Shown: piece by piece, positions 1-8,441 of the stretch
How the letters are laid out: every line of letters starts with the position of its first letter
Position numbering within the stretch: the stretch's first letter is position 1
Origin: an uncultured virus (IMG/VR IMGVR_UViG_3300019373_000270)
Lineage: Duplodnaviria > Heunggongvirae > Uroviricota > Caudoviricetes
Strand: one strand, 5' to 3'
Length of the DNA stretch: 20,000 bases
IMG/VR virus record: IMGVR_UViG_3300019373_000270
Translations under genes and position numbers: made by a program
Notes under the pieces: model-generated
Seen by the model: only the letters and a program-made list of their open reading frames with translations
Databases searched by the model: none
Told to the model about the DNA's origin: nothing

Positions 1-48
1 AACAGCATACCGTAAAGCGGTACGAGGGTTCGATCCCCTCACACGGCG
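1..48 (+). tRNA. 3' part of a class II (long variable arm) tRNA, probably tRNA-Ser; 5' part lies outside the window
   Basis: Variable arm taccg/cggta (8-22), T-arm gaggg-TTCGATC-ccctc (24-40), acceptor strand acacggc (41-47), discriminator G48 (typical of Ser; Leu usually has A). No encoded CCA. Anticodon not visible. Confidence 0.8.
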
Positions 49-56
49 CTGAAGCT

Positions 57-90
57 AAAAGAACTTGCTATTATTGTAAGTTCTTTTTTT
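57..90 (+). terminator. Intrinsic terminator after the tRNA
   Basis: Hairpin aaaagaacttgc/gtaagttctttt running into a T-run. Confidence 0.75.
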
Positions 91-155
91 ATTGTTTCAA
101 GTTTTCTTCTATCATAACATCAAGAATTCGTTTTCAATCAAAGGAGGAACTTTAT

Positions 156-272
156 ATGTTTGAAAAAATAAAGTATGAGCCAACAGAACAGGATAAATCA
201 TTTCCTCTGTACAATGATGGGATAGAAGAAAACGACGATGATTATGAATTTGAAGAATATAACTGTGACTAA
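156..272 (+). CDS. Small acidic peptide, 38 aa (MFEKIKYEPTEQDKSFPLYNDGIEENDDDYEFEEYNCD)
   Basis: Strong RBS aaggagg at 141-147, ATG 156, TAA 270-272, promoter-like sequence at 87-115. Too short for the ORF track. Confidence 0.6.
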   Translation: MFEKIKYEPTEQDKSFPLYNDGIEENDDDYEFEEYNCD

Positions 273-392
273 ACAAACCATATATGATTTTTTATCCGTC
301 ATAATTTTCTGCTAATATATAATCAGTATTTGAGAATTGATGGCCGGAGTATTTTTCTCAAATAACTTTTATAAACCAAAAGGAGAAAAAAC

Positions 393-692
393 ATGTTTGA
401 TGAATTAACTTTAGAAAAAAACGATCTTGATATCGAAGAACCCAAAGATTATAAACTGATGTTATGGAATGACGATACTACACTTATAGATACAGTTGTA
501 AAAGTACTAACTGACATCATTGGTTTTGATACCCAAAAAGCTGTAAATGTAACGATAAAGGCTCATAACTTCGGGAACTGCTGCGTAGGTATGTATCCCT
601 ACGAAATAGCAGAAACGCTAATGGTAGAATCAATGAAGTATGTCCATTCAAGAGGTTATCATGATTTTAAAATGACAGTGGAGGAAGCATAG
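393..692 (+). CDS. clpS: ATP-dependent Clp protease adaptor ClpS
   Basis: YKLMLWNDDTT (cf. ClpS Y.V.L.NDD.T), AH..G.C.VG.YPYEIAET; about 100 aa; RBS aaggag; abuts a clpA-like gene. Confidence 0.93.
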   Translation: MFDELTLEKNDLDIEEPKDYKLMLWNDDTTLIDTVVKVLTDIIGFDTQKAVNVTIKAHNFGNCCVGMYPYEIAETLMVESMKYVHSRGYHDFKMTVEEA

Positions 693-2963
693 ATGAATAT
701 AAATCAATTAATAAAAGAAACGGCAGATTATGTAGACTCGAAGAACAGAACACTTATTACTACCGAGGATCTGTTGATAGTAATGATGTCAAAACTCAAT
801 GAATATAATATTCTTGACTTCGATGAAGCTATCGAATTTCTGGAGGAATATCAGCGGGAAAATTTTGAGAGGACCCCATTAAAAAACATCAAGAAAATGA
901 TAATAAGCCAGAGAATATACGAATTACAGGAAATGATAGAATCATCGCCTGTTGCAGTACAGAACACACATGATGTCCCTCTTACAGTCGTAATGACCTT
1001 CATCGCCTCATCCGAAATAGATTCAATGGCTTCCATATTATCTAAAAGACTTATTGGCAGCGATACTGCCAAATTTGAAAAGCTTATATCAGCCGAGACT
1101 GAGAAAATTCCGGATTTTAAATTTAATATAAATTCATTCAGAGATTATAAAGAAGATAAACGACAAACAACAAACGAAAGAAAGACAGGCACAAAAGAAA
1201 AAAGATCTGCTCTTGAATGTTTCGGCATAGATCTTTCTGAACGAGAAAGGAGAAATCCTCTTGTAGGCAGAGAAAAAGAAATGCAGCGTGTGATAGAAGT
1301 CCTTCTCAAAAAGGACAAGCCTAATCCTATCCTGACCGGATCTCAGGGAGTTGGCAAAACCGCTGTGGTACAGGAACTTGCCATAAGAATAAAAGAAGGA
1401 AATGTTCCAAAGGCAATAAAAGATACTGTAAGATCTATATACAGTATAGAAATTGCCGATCTTCTTGCTGGTTCTAAGTACAGAGGAGAATTTGAAGAAA
1501 AACTGAAAGCTGTTCTGGAAGAAGTAAATAACTCCGACCGTTCTGTAATTCTCTATATCGATGAAATACACACTATCATGGGTGCAGGTGCTAATCCGGA
1601 CAATCCTGTTGATGCAGCAAATATCCTTAAACCGTATCTTACAAACGGAACTATAAGGATAATAGGCTCTACTACTACCGATGAGTACAGGAAGTTCATC
1701 GAAAGAGATAAAGCGCTCGCAAGAAGATTTATGCCTGTGGATATTCCAGAGCCTTCAGTAGAAGATACTATAAAAATCCTGAATGGTATAAAAGAAGGTT
1801 ACGAAAAGTTTCATGGCGTGACCTATTCAGCAAATGCAATAGAAGCTGCTGTAAAAATGTCAGCTCAATATATTCACGATAGATGTCTGCCGGATAAAGC
1901 TATTGATCTTATTGATGAAGCCGGGGCTAAATACGCAGCCGGTGTATACAAGAACAATACGATCAGTGTAGACGATATTGAAAATGTCCTTTTTGAAACA
2001 TATAAGATACCCGGGTCACAGATGACCCGTGATGAATCAGAGGACGTAAAATGCCTTTCCGATAACCTGAATAAAAAAATATTCGGACAGGAGGAAGCAG
2101 CCAACGCTTTGATGAAGCGCATCAAACTTGCAAAGGCAGGAATAAGAGATCTGTCAAAGCCCATAGCTAACATACTGTTTGTAGGTCCGACAGGGACAGG
2201 AAAGACAGAGATCAGTAAAGTCCTTGCTGAATCCTTAAAGATGAAACTGCTCAGATTTGATATGTCTGAGTACCAGGAAGAACATACAGTCGCAAAACTG
2301 TTCGGCTCGCCTGCAGGCTATGTCGGATATGAGGATGGCGGCTTGCTTACAAATGCGGTGAGGTCAGACCCTAACTGTGTTCTGCTGCTTGATGAGATAG
2401 AAAAAGCACATCCAAAGGTCTATAACGCCCTTCTTCAGGCTATGGATTACGGTATGATGACCGATTCAAAGGGAGTGAAAGTTGATTTTACGAACACTGT
2501 AATAATTATGACTTCCAATGCGGGAGCTGATTCAATAGTAAAGAAAAATGTCGGTTTCGGGAAATCATCCGAAACATTAGATATTTCAGCTATGGATAAA
2601 GCACTTGAAGAAAAATTTCCTCCTGAATTCAGAGGAAGGCTTACAGATGTTGTGAAATTCAATGATCTTACTCCTGAAATATCTGAAATGATAGTAAAGA
2701 AAGAGATCGCTGCTCTGGCAGATAACCTCACTAAGAAAAATGTCAAGCTCACAGTTACCGACAGCTGCATCGAACATCTGGCTGAGATCGGATACACTCC
2801 CATGACGGGAGCAAGAAATATAAAAAATCTTGTATCAAAAGAAATCTCCGAACTTATAGTCGATGATATGCTCTTCGGAAAACTCAAAAACGGAGGAAGT
2901 ATAAAGATAGACCGGTTGGAAAAGAAATACAGAAAAACTATACGAACAAAGAAAACTATTTGA
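693..2963 (+). CDS. clpA: ClpA-type double-AAA+ unfoldase with a divergent N-terminal region
   Basis: Walker A GSQGVGKT and GPTGTGKT, Walker B LYIDEIH and LLLDEIEKAH, pore loops KYRGEFE and GYVGY, PDKAIDLIDEA, ClpP-docking loop VGFG. No ClpB/ClpC middle coiled coil. Adjacent to clpS. Confidence 0.9.
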   Translation: MNINQLIKETADYVDSKNRTLITTEDLLIVMMSKLNEYNILDFDEAIEFLEEYQRENFERTPLKNIKKMIISQRIYELQEMIESSPVAVQNTHDVPLTVVMTFIASSEIDSMASILSKRLIGSDTAKFEKLISAETEKIPDFKFNINSFRDYKEDKRQTTNERKTGTKEKRSALECFGIDLSERERRNPLVGREKEMQRVIEVLLKKDKPNPILTGSQGVGKTAVVQELAIRIKEGNVPKAIKDTVRSIYSIEIADLLAGSKYRGEFEEKLKAVLEEVNNSDRSVILYIDEIHTIMGAGANPDNPVDAANILKPYLTNGTIRIIGSTTTDEYRKFIERDKALARRFMPVDIPEPSVEDTIKILNGIKEGYEKFHGVTYSANAIEAAVKMSAQYIHDRCLPDKAIDLIDEAGAKYAAGVYKNNTISVDDIENVLFETYKIPGSQMTRDESEDVKCLSDNLNKKIFGQEEAANALMKRIKLAKAGIRDLSKPIANILFVGPTGTGKTEISKVLAESLKMKLLRFDMSEYQEEHTVAKLFGSPAGYVGYEDGGLLTNAVRSDPNCVLLLDEIEKAHPKVYNALLQAMDYGMMTDSKGVKVDFTNTVIIMTSNAGADSIVKKNVGFGKSSETLDISAMDKALEEKFPPEFRGRLTDVVKFNDLTPEISEMIVKKEIAALADNLTKKNVKLTVTDSCIEHLAEIGYTPMTGARNIKNLVSKEISELIVDDMLFGKLKNGGSIKIDRLEKKYRKTIRTKKTI

Positions 2964-2971
2964 GAAACATA

Positions 2972-3004
2972 CCCCGGAGAATAAGTTCTTCGGGGCTTTT
3001 TTTT
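2972..3004 (+). terminator. Intrinsic terminator after clpA
   Basis: ccccggagaa-taag-ttcttcgggg followed by a T8 run. Confidence 0.85.
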
Positions 3005-3040
3005 AGTTTTGGGAATTTTCATGTATAATTAATTCAGAAA
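3001..3040 (+). promoter_or_regulatory. Putative promoter of the recurrent non-canonical class
   Basis: ttttag-N7-aattttcatg-TATAAT-taat-tcagaaa; same layout as 12168-12207 and 16030-16069. Confidence 0.55.
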
Positions 3041-3061
3041 ACACAGCGGGGAAGTGCTTAG

Positions 3062-3730
3062 ATGACTAAATATGAAAAAAGAATAATGAGAATGATATGT
3101 GAAAAACATTCGCAAATGTATAATATTCCTCTGGCTGCAAATTTTGATGATTTTGAAAGAAAATACGAAAGAGGAAATTTCTCTAATACTTTTGAAACTG
3201 TATGCAAGAAATATCTGACAGAAAAAAGAGTGAAAATAATGAGGATGCTTTACGATGAATGTGACAGCATTCAGTATGTAGCTAACGTATACGACAAAAA
3301 TACTGACACCATTTACAGTGTACTTCTGGACAGCATTACCAAACTTGCATCTTATATTCCATTTAAAGAACTGCTTGTAGGATCTTTGAAATACAATAAC
3401 ATAATGGAAAATAATCTCAGTATCATATCTGAGATCACCGAACCGCCCCCGCATATAGTTCCTCAAGAAAAAAACAGTTCTGTTGTATATGTATCCGACC
3501 TGAAGCTGAACACCAGAGCAAAAAACAGTATACACAGAACATTTCAAAAGCCATTAACGGCCATAACCATTCAGGAATTTTTAAGAATGAAACCATCTGA
3601 TCTTATCTTCTGCGGTATAGAAACTAAAAAACATATCTGCAAGATTTTAAAGTCCGAAAACTTGCTGACTCCCGAATGGAAGACCGCTGTAACCGAAATA
3701 AACATGAAAAAGAAAAGAAAACACGAGTAA
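3062..3730 (+). CDS. Putative transcription factor: sigma-70 region 4-like HTH fused to an RNA polymerase alpha-CTD-like domain
   Basis: LTEKRVKIMRMLYDECDSIQYVANVYDKNTDTIYSVLLDSITKL fits the sigma r4 pattern. VSDLKLNTRAKNSIHR...TIQEFLRMKPSDL..CGIETKKHICKIL resembles alpha-CTD (I.EL.LSVR..NCL...T..DL...G.KS..EI). Confidence 0.6.
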   Translation: MTKYEKRIMRMICEKHSQMYNIPLAANFDDFERKYERGNFSNTFETVCKKYLTEKRVKIMRMLYDECDSIQYVANVYDKNTDTIYSVLLDSITKLASYIPFKELLVGSLKYNNIMENNLSIISEITEPPPHIVPQEKNSSVVYVSDLKLNTRAKNSIHRTFQKPLTAITIQEFLRMKPSDLIFCGIETKKHICKILKSENLLTPEWKTAVTEINMKKKRKHE

Positions 3731-3853
3731 CACAATTTCATTCTATTCAACAGCTTTCATTTGAAGAGGCATGTGTATTATATCAATTAAGTGAAAATAA
3801 TATTTTTTTATCAGAGCGTATTTTGGAAATCTATGCACAGTACTATTTGTAGC

Positions 3854-3872
3854 TCTGTGTCACACGTGACAC
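3854..3872. repeat. parS-like palindrome, copy 1 (tctgtgtcacacgtgacac)
   Basis: Intergenic; exact 19-bp inverted copy at 19703-19721; CACGTG core with TGT...AC flanks as in parS TGTTTCACGTGAAACA. Confidence 0.6.
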
Positions 3873-3933
3873 TCACATTCCAAATTTCCTTGAAAATACT
3901 GCCGAACAATGAATTTTTTTATTTTAAAACGGA

Positions 3934-3962
3934 TTGACAGACACAAATAATTATTGTATAAT
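3934..3962 (+). promoter_or_regulatory. Consensus sigma-A promoter
   Basis: TTGACA (3934-3939), 17-bp spacer, TATAAT (3957-3962). Confidence 0.85.
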
Positions 3963-3996
3963 GAAATCACAAAATTTTATATTGGAGGTAACAGCA

Positions 3997-4452
3997 ATGG
4001 CAGAAAAAAAGAAAACCGAAAACATAATAGCAGCTGAAGTAAAAGCAGAAGTTGCGACTGAAGTTAAGAAAGAAGCGGTGAATGAAACTAAGACAGAAGC
4101 TGTAATTGAAGCTGTCAAGGAAACTGCAAAGGAAGCTACAGCTGAAAAGCCTGTAAAGAAAACTGCTACCAAAAAATCTCCCACAAAGAAAACAGCTACA
4201 AAGACTAAAACAACCGGAACCACTACTAAGTCAACAAGAATCAAGAAGACCGCAGCTGCTCCCGTAGAGACCTTTAAGGTTCAGTTTGGCGGAGATGAAT
4301 ATGATGTTTCAGAGATCAAGAAAGCAGTAGAAAACGATTATAAGAGAAAATTCAATGGTGAAGTTAAGTCTGTAGATTTTTACATCAAGCCGGAAGATAA
4401 GGCAGTTTACTATGTTATCAACGGCGATTTCTCCGATAAGATCGAGCTTTGA
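3997..4452 (+). CDS. Lys/Thr/Ala-rich histone-like protein with a DUF6465-like C-terminal domain
   Basis: RBS ggagg before ATG 3997 (the track's TTG start is the -35 box). KKTATKK repeats. C-terminal VQFGG.EY...VDFYIKPEDKAVYYVING motif typical of clostridial DUF6465 proteins. Confidence 0.75.
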   Translation: MAEKKKTENIIAAEVKAEVATEVKKEAVNETKTEAVIEAVKETAKEATAEKPVKKTATKKSPTKKTATKTKTTGTTTKSTRIKKTAAAPVETFKVQFGGDEYDVSEIKKAVENDYKRKFNGEVKSVDFYIKPEDKAVYYVINGDFSDKIEL

Positions 4453-4466
4453 TTTGACGGTATTGT

Positions 4467-4504
4467 AAACGGGTGCGACTCGCTCAGGGTTGCTCCCGTT
4501 TTTT
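4467..4504 (+). terminator. Intrinsic terminator
   Basis: aaacgggtgcgact...ggttgctcccgttt hairpin plus T-run. Confidence 0.75.
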
Positions 4505-4516
4505 CGTATTGATGGA

Positions 4517-4545
4517 TTGAAAAGCAGGACTGATTATGGTATAAT
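4517..4545 (+). promoter_or_regulatory. sigma-A promoter with extended -10 at the start of the mosaic island
   Basis: TTGAAA-17 bp-TATAAT with TG one base before the -10. Confidence 0.7.
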
Positions 4546-4645
4546 TGGAATTAACGTAGCGTTTCATACCTTTCCAAATCGCATTCGCATTTCAATGTTT
4601 AGATAATTACAGTATCCCTCAAACGAGGAGATTAAGGAGAAATAA

Positions 4646-5194
4646 ATGATACTATTGGTTGTAGATACTCAAAAAGGGTGTTTTGATGAACGGTTATATT
4701 CGTTTGAAATGGTAAGAAAAAACATAAAGCAGTTAATTACAGTAGCAAGAGAGAATAATATTGAGGTTGTATATGTCCAGCACGATGATGGTCCAGGTAC
4801 TGATCTTGACAAGTCTGCTGACAACTATGAAATATATGAGGAATTTGCACCGAGATGCGGTGAAAGACGTTTTGAAAAGAATGTAAACAGTGCTTTTCAT
4901 CCCATGACAGGATTGACAGAGTATCTATACTCTAAAGGTGAAAAAAATATTATAGCGATTGGTGTATCAACAGACTATTGTATGGATGCAACAATTAAAA
5001 GCGGATTTGAAAAAGGGTTCAATATATTCGTCCCTTCATACACTAATTCAACCTATGATAATCCATATTTTGATAAGGAAACTGCATACAAGTATTACAA
5101 TGAATTTATGTGGGGAACTCGTTACGCAAAGATAATTACTGTTGAACAAGCGATTCAGCTCTTACGTTCTGAAATAACAACAACAGATTTATAA
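4646..5194 (+). CDS. Isochorismatase-like cysteine hydrolase
   Basis: Catalytic triad motifs LLVVDTQ (Asp), FEKNVNSAF (Lys), GVSTDYC (Cys); RBS aaggag. Confidence 0.9.
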   Translation: MILLVVDTQKGCFDERLYSFEMVRKNIKQLITVARENNIEVVYVQHDDGPGTDLDKSADNYEIYEEFAPRCGERRFEKNVNSAFHPMTGLTEYLYSKGEKNIIAIGVSTDYCMDATIKSGFEKGFNIFVPSYTNSTYDNPYFDKETAYKYYNEFMWGTRYAKIITVEQAIQLLRSEITTTDL

Positions 5195-5211
5195 AAAAAG
5201 AGGCGTTAATA

Positions 5212-5724
5212 TTGTCAAATATGATATGCTTTGACTATAAATCCGACAAGGACGATCTGAATATGTCAAACGGCGGTACTTCCGTGTTTATTAATGTTCT
5301 GTGTCTCAGCAGTGGCAGGCTTGCCGAAACGGAGAACCAGAAACGCTTTATGGTATTCCTCGCTGAGAAGAATCAGAATGTCTGCGGAATCGGTACGGTT
5401 GGCTTTGATATAGTCGATATGCCGTGGGATAAGAATAGTTTTGACGAAAATAAAACCTTTATCCTCAGAGTTATTGACGGTGCAAAACAGAAACTCGGTT
5501 GGGAAACACTAGGCTATGAACCGAATGAAGAATTTGTGGCGGAGTACCTTGATACGTTCCAAAAGCTGATACAGCGTATGAGTGCTGAGAACATTATCGA
5601 AGAATCGCTGACCGAATGGTTATCCGAAGCTGATGAGAACGATCCTATCAGGTGCGGTTTCCCAAAATGCAAGATGCACGATGCCTATATCATTGTTCAT
5701 GGATGTCAGGTGTGTATGGACTAA
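5212..5724 (+). CDS. Hypothetical protein with a C-terminal CxxH...CxxC possible Zn site
   Basis: 170-aa ORF (start TTG 5212 or ATG 5221) ending CKMH...HGCQVC. Function not recognised. Confidence 0.7.
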   Translation: MSNMICFDYKSDKDDLNMSNGGTSVFINVLCLSSGRLAETENQKRFMVFLAEKNQNVCGIGTVGFDIVDMPWDKNSFDENKTFILRVIDGAKQKLGWETLGYEPNEEFVAEYLDTFQKLIQRMSAENIIEESLTEWLSEADENDPIRCGFPKCKMHDAYIIVHGCQVCMD

Positions 5725-5736
5725 TCTTTTACTAAT

Positions 5737-5913
5737 TTGATTATCAAGACATTCTTTGATGTTCTGTATTTCGCTGTTTCAGCGGTAATATGCCTGATTT
5801 ATATTGGAAAGCTCGAAGGTGTGCGTGACGGCAGTACCATCGATACCGTTTTGATGGGCAGTATCATCAAGTTGTATAACAATATTTTCGATAAGATAAT
5901 TGATAAGAAATGA
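5737..5913 (+). pseudogene. C-terminal relic of a YczE/YitT-like (DUF6198-type) membrane protein
   Basis: Frame reads IKTFFDVLYFAVSAVICLIYIGKLEGVRDGSTIDTVLMGSIIKLYNNIFDKIIDKK*, matching the family's K..FD...L.GVR.GT motif. The N-terminal part is missing. Confidence 0.55.
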
Positions 5914-5925
5914 GGTAAATATAAA

Positions 5926-6954
5926 ATGACTACGATGACAGATAAAGAAAAAGAGTTCTACCTGAATATTCAAGCATATTTTCATTCAAGATTAACTGAA
6001 TTGAATTGGATATATAGTCCATTTGCTTTTATTGATTCAAGAGTTACTTTTAATAATCTGATAAAAATACAGAATTTTAATAAGTATCCGTTTCTTGTGT
6101 TAGATAGAAACATTTTTTCAAGATTAATTCGTATGATTAAAGAAGGGAAAACCGTAGAAGGAAGTTCAAGAGACATAGCTATACTAATTACATGGGCAAT
6201 TTATCACAATTTCGACTTACTTCCATATTTCGCTTTAAATGAATATGCAGAAAGTGTAAATAGTGAAGCAGAGGCACAAAAGGAATTCAACGTTTTTAAC
6301 CGAATATTCATGGATATTCCGCTCTTTGATTGGACGTGTGTGGCTTTAGGGAAAGAAAATGAATTAAAACATACTATAAAATTAGAAACCAGTTCGTTTT
6401 CAGAGTTTACATTTTCGAATGAATCTACAGATTATTTGAATAATTATGCTGCCATGCTGCATTTAACAACTGTTTTACGAACTGAGAAAGACTCGATTTT
6501 GCGTTTTAAAAAATACTTTGAATGGCTTTATAATTCAATTAAAGTATCCCGTTTCACTGTGTTATATGCTGTAAAAATATTTTTAGGCGATAGTAATTAT
6601 AGAATGCCCAAAAAGGCACTTTCAACTTCATTAACCAACACCGTGGAAGGATGCAAGAATCAAGCTCGTGATCTCTCGTATCTAACTTGCTTGTCGATTG
6701 ACAGAATACCAGAAGAATACGAACCAATTCTTGTCACCGATGACAATATGTTAGGAAATCTTTACATAAACGGTTATTATAATACAAACCCAATAAGATT
6801 ATTTGAGAATAGTATTAAAACTCATCAATCGCAAGTTAAGGCGTGGGTTGATGAATTGTTACAGAATCATACTGAGGTTGAATCAGAAGATTATCATTCA
6901 TACTGTAAAAAAATAGTAGATTGCGAAGAAAAGCTTCTTGCGAGTACCTTTTGA
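5926..6954 (+). CDS. AT-rich hypothetical protein, possible PIN-like nuclease fold
   Basis: 342 aa; FLVLDRNIF (hhhDxN), ALNE, RDLSYL and ILVTDD (hhTxD) follow the PIN acidic-site order. Confidence 0.55.
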   Translation: MTTMTDKEKEFYLNIQAYFHSRLTELNWIYSPFAFIDSRVTFNNLIKIQNFNKYPFLVLDRNIFSRLIRMIKEGKTVEGSSRDIAILITWAIYHNFDLLPYFALNEYAESVNSEAEAQKEFNVFNRIFMDIPLFDWTCVALGKENELKHTIKLETSSFSEFTFSNESTDYLNNYAAMLHLTTVLRTEKDSILRFKKYFEWLYNSIKVSRFTVLYAVKIFLGDSNYRMPKKALSTSLTNTVEGCKNQARDLSYLTCLSIDRIPEEYEPILVTDDNMLGNLYINGYYNTNPIRLFENSIKTHQSQVKAWVDELLQNHTEVESEDYHSYCKKIVDCEEKLLASTF

Positions 6955-6956
6955 TT

Positions 6957-7186
6957 GTACTTCAGTTCTTTGAATGAAGTCTCGATGTTAAGGACGATGT
7001 TGAGTGGGGCTTTACCTATTTTCTGCCTGAATTTAAAAAAACGTCTGTAAGATATGGGGCTTCATTCTGCCTAAAGTCTCCGACATAGAGGGTGAAATCG
7101 ACCTGTGGACTGCGGAAATCGAAAAGAATTTCAGGGTTATCAGGGCAGAATCCTATGAAGCGATACTGGAAGAAATACAGCAATAA
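6957..7186 (+). pseudogene. Possible degenerate gene fragment
   Basis: Protein-like reading VLQFFE*SLDVKDDVEWGFTYFLPEFKK, then after a frameshift at an A7 run NVCKIWGFILPKVSDIEGEIDLWTAEIEKNFRVIRAESYEAILEEIQQ*. Family not recognised. Confidence 0.3.
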
Positions 7187-7221
7187 TATAGAATACTTAT
7201 CTATCAGAGGTGGTGAACTTC

Positions 7222-7908
7222 ATGTGTACTTGGTTCTATGCCGATTATAAGCCTTTATCGGCTATTATTGATAAGGCACAACAACTGTCGCTTACCGACA
7301 GCATAATGAACGCTATGTCAAAACCTAAAACTATGTCTGGCAATATCCGTCCTACTGATATGGCAGCGGTGTTTGCTCCGAATAAGCAAGGCAATATGGC
7401 TGTGTTCCCGATGATATGGGGCTTCACGGTCGAACAATCATCAAAACCGCTTATCAACTGTCGTATTGAAACAGCCGATCAAAAGCCTTTATGGAAGGAC
7501 TCTTGGTTCAGGCGGAGATGTGTTATTCCGGCATCATGGTACTACGAATGGGGCATACCGCCCTCCGAGGTCGGCTATCATAACGCCAATGAGCAGCACA
7601 AGATAAAAAAAGAAAAGTATGCGATTCAACCTGAAGGAGCTGAGATCACATACCTCGCCGGATTGTACCGTTTTGAGGAACATCGTGGAGTACAGATACC
7701 AATGTTTGCCGTCATAACAAGGGAATCGGTCGAACCCGTAAGCTCTATCCATGACCGAATGCCACTTATCCTCGGCAAAGACAGCTTGCGTGAATGGGTG
7801 CGCCCTGACGGTGATCCCAGCAGAATAGCGAAAAAGGCTTTGACGAATATGGTCATGGAGAAAGCGGTTGACTATCCTGAGCCGAAGCCGGAGTTTATGC
7901 AGATATAA
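7222..7908 (+). CDS. SOS response-associated peptidase (SRAP/YedK/HMCES family, abasic-site protecting protein)
   Basis: ATG 7222 gives the N-terminal Cys2 (MCTWF). LINCRIETA, RRRCVIPASWYYEW and IHDRMPLIL motifs. Confidence 0.9.
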   Translation: MCTWFYADYKPLSAIIDKAQQLSLTDSIMNAMSKPKTMSGNIRPTDMAAVFAPNKQGNMAVFPMIWGFTVEQSSKPLINCRIETADQKPLWKDSWFRRRCVIPASWYYEWGIPPSEVGYHNANEQHKIKKEKYAIQPEGAEITYLAGLYRFEEHRGVQIPMFAVITRESVEPVSSIHDRMPLILGKDSLREWVRPDGDPSRIAKKALTNMVMEKAVDYPEPKPEFMQI

Positions 7909-7936
7909 AATGGTGATAATGGAAGGAGCTTGAGAT

Positions 7937-8398
7937 ATGTTTTTCAAAAAAGCTAAAAAGGAAAAACAAGAAAACGAAACAATAAATAATGCAGTTTTCG
8001 GAGAGCTTGAATACGTTGACTGTGCGTGGGAAGGATATTCGGTAAGCTCGCTGTTTGGTGAAGAAAAGACTATTGATCTGTATGTATATGCTGATGAAGA
8101 CGAAAAGACCATTGGAGAGCATCAGGAAAAGGTATATCAGAATTATCTCAGGTATCGTATAGAAATCGAAGACGCTGTCAGAAAAGTCATTTTCAGAGAA
8201 TTTAAGCTCCCGTATGATTTTGACCTTACATCAAGATTCAGAGTAAGTTCGATAATAGTGACCTGTGACGGTAATTGCGGCTTGGCAATAGTTGACAACA
8301 CCTATGAAATGGGACATAACCGTTTCAAATTTGTGGTCGAAACCGAACCTGATTATGAATTCACAGATTCAGAAGAATATTATATAGAAACTAAATGA
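7937..8398 (+). CDS. Hypothetical acidic protein resembling DUF2004/DUF6985-type immunity-like proteins
   Basis: RBS aaggag; N.VFGELEY...WEG.....LFGEE..I.L.V pattern. Family call from recall only. Confidence 0.5.
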   Translation: MFFKKAKKEKQENETINNAVFGELEYVDCAWEGYSVSSLFGEEKTIDLYVYADEDEKTIGEHQEKVYQNYLRYRIEIEDAVRKVIFREFKLPYDFDLTSRFRVSSIIVTCDGNCGLAIVDNTYEMGHNRFKFVVETEPDYEFTDSEEYYIETK

Positions 8399-8441
8399 TA
8401 ACAGGTAAATAAGATCACTTTCAAAAAAAGGGCGGTGAAAC

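Noticed and set aside
3934..3996. TTG start at 3934 for the histone-like gene
   Set aside because: That TTG is the -35 box of a consensus promoter; the RBS supports ATG 3997.
1185..6281. Partial ggcacaaaa matches at about 1188 and 6273
   Set aside because: Only 9 bp, lacking the AT prefix; compatible with chance, so not counted among the motif copies.
7140..8441. LexA/Cheo box (GAAC-N4-GTTC) upstream of SRAP or the polymerase
   Set aside because: No convincing match found by eye, so SOS control is not supported from the sequence.
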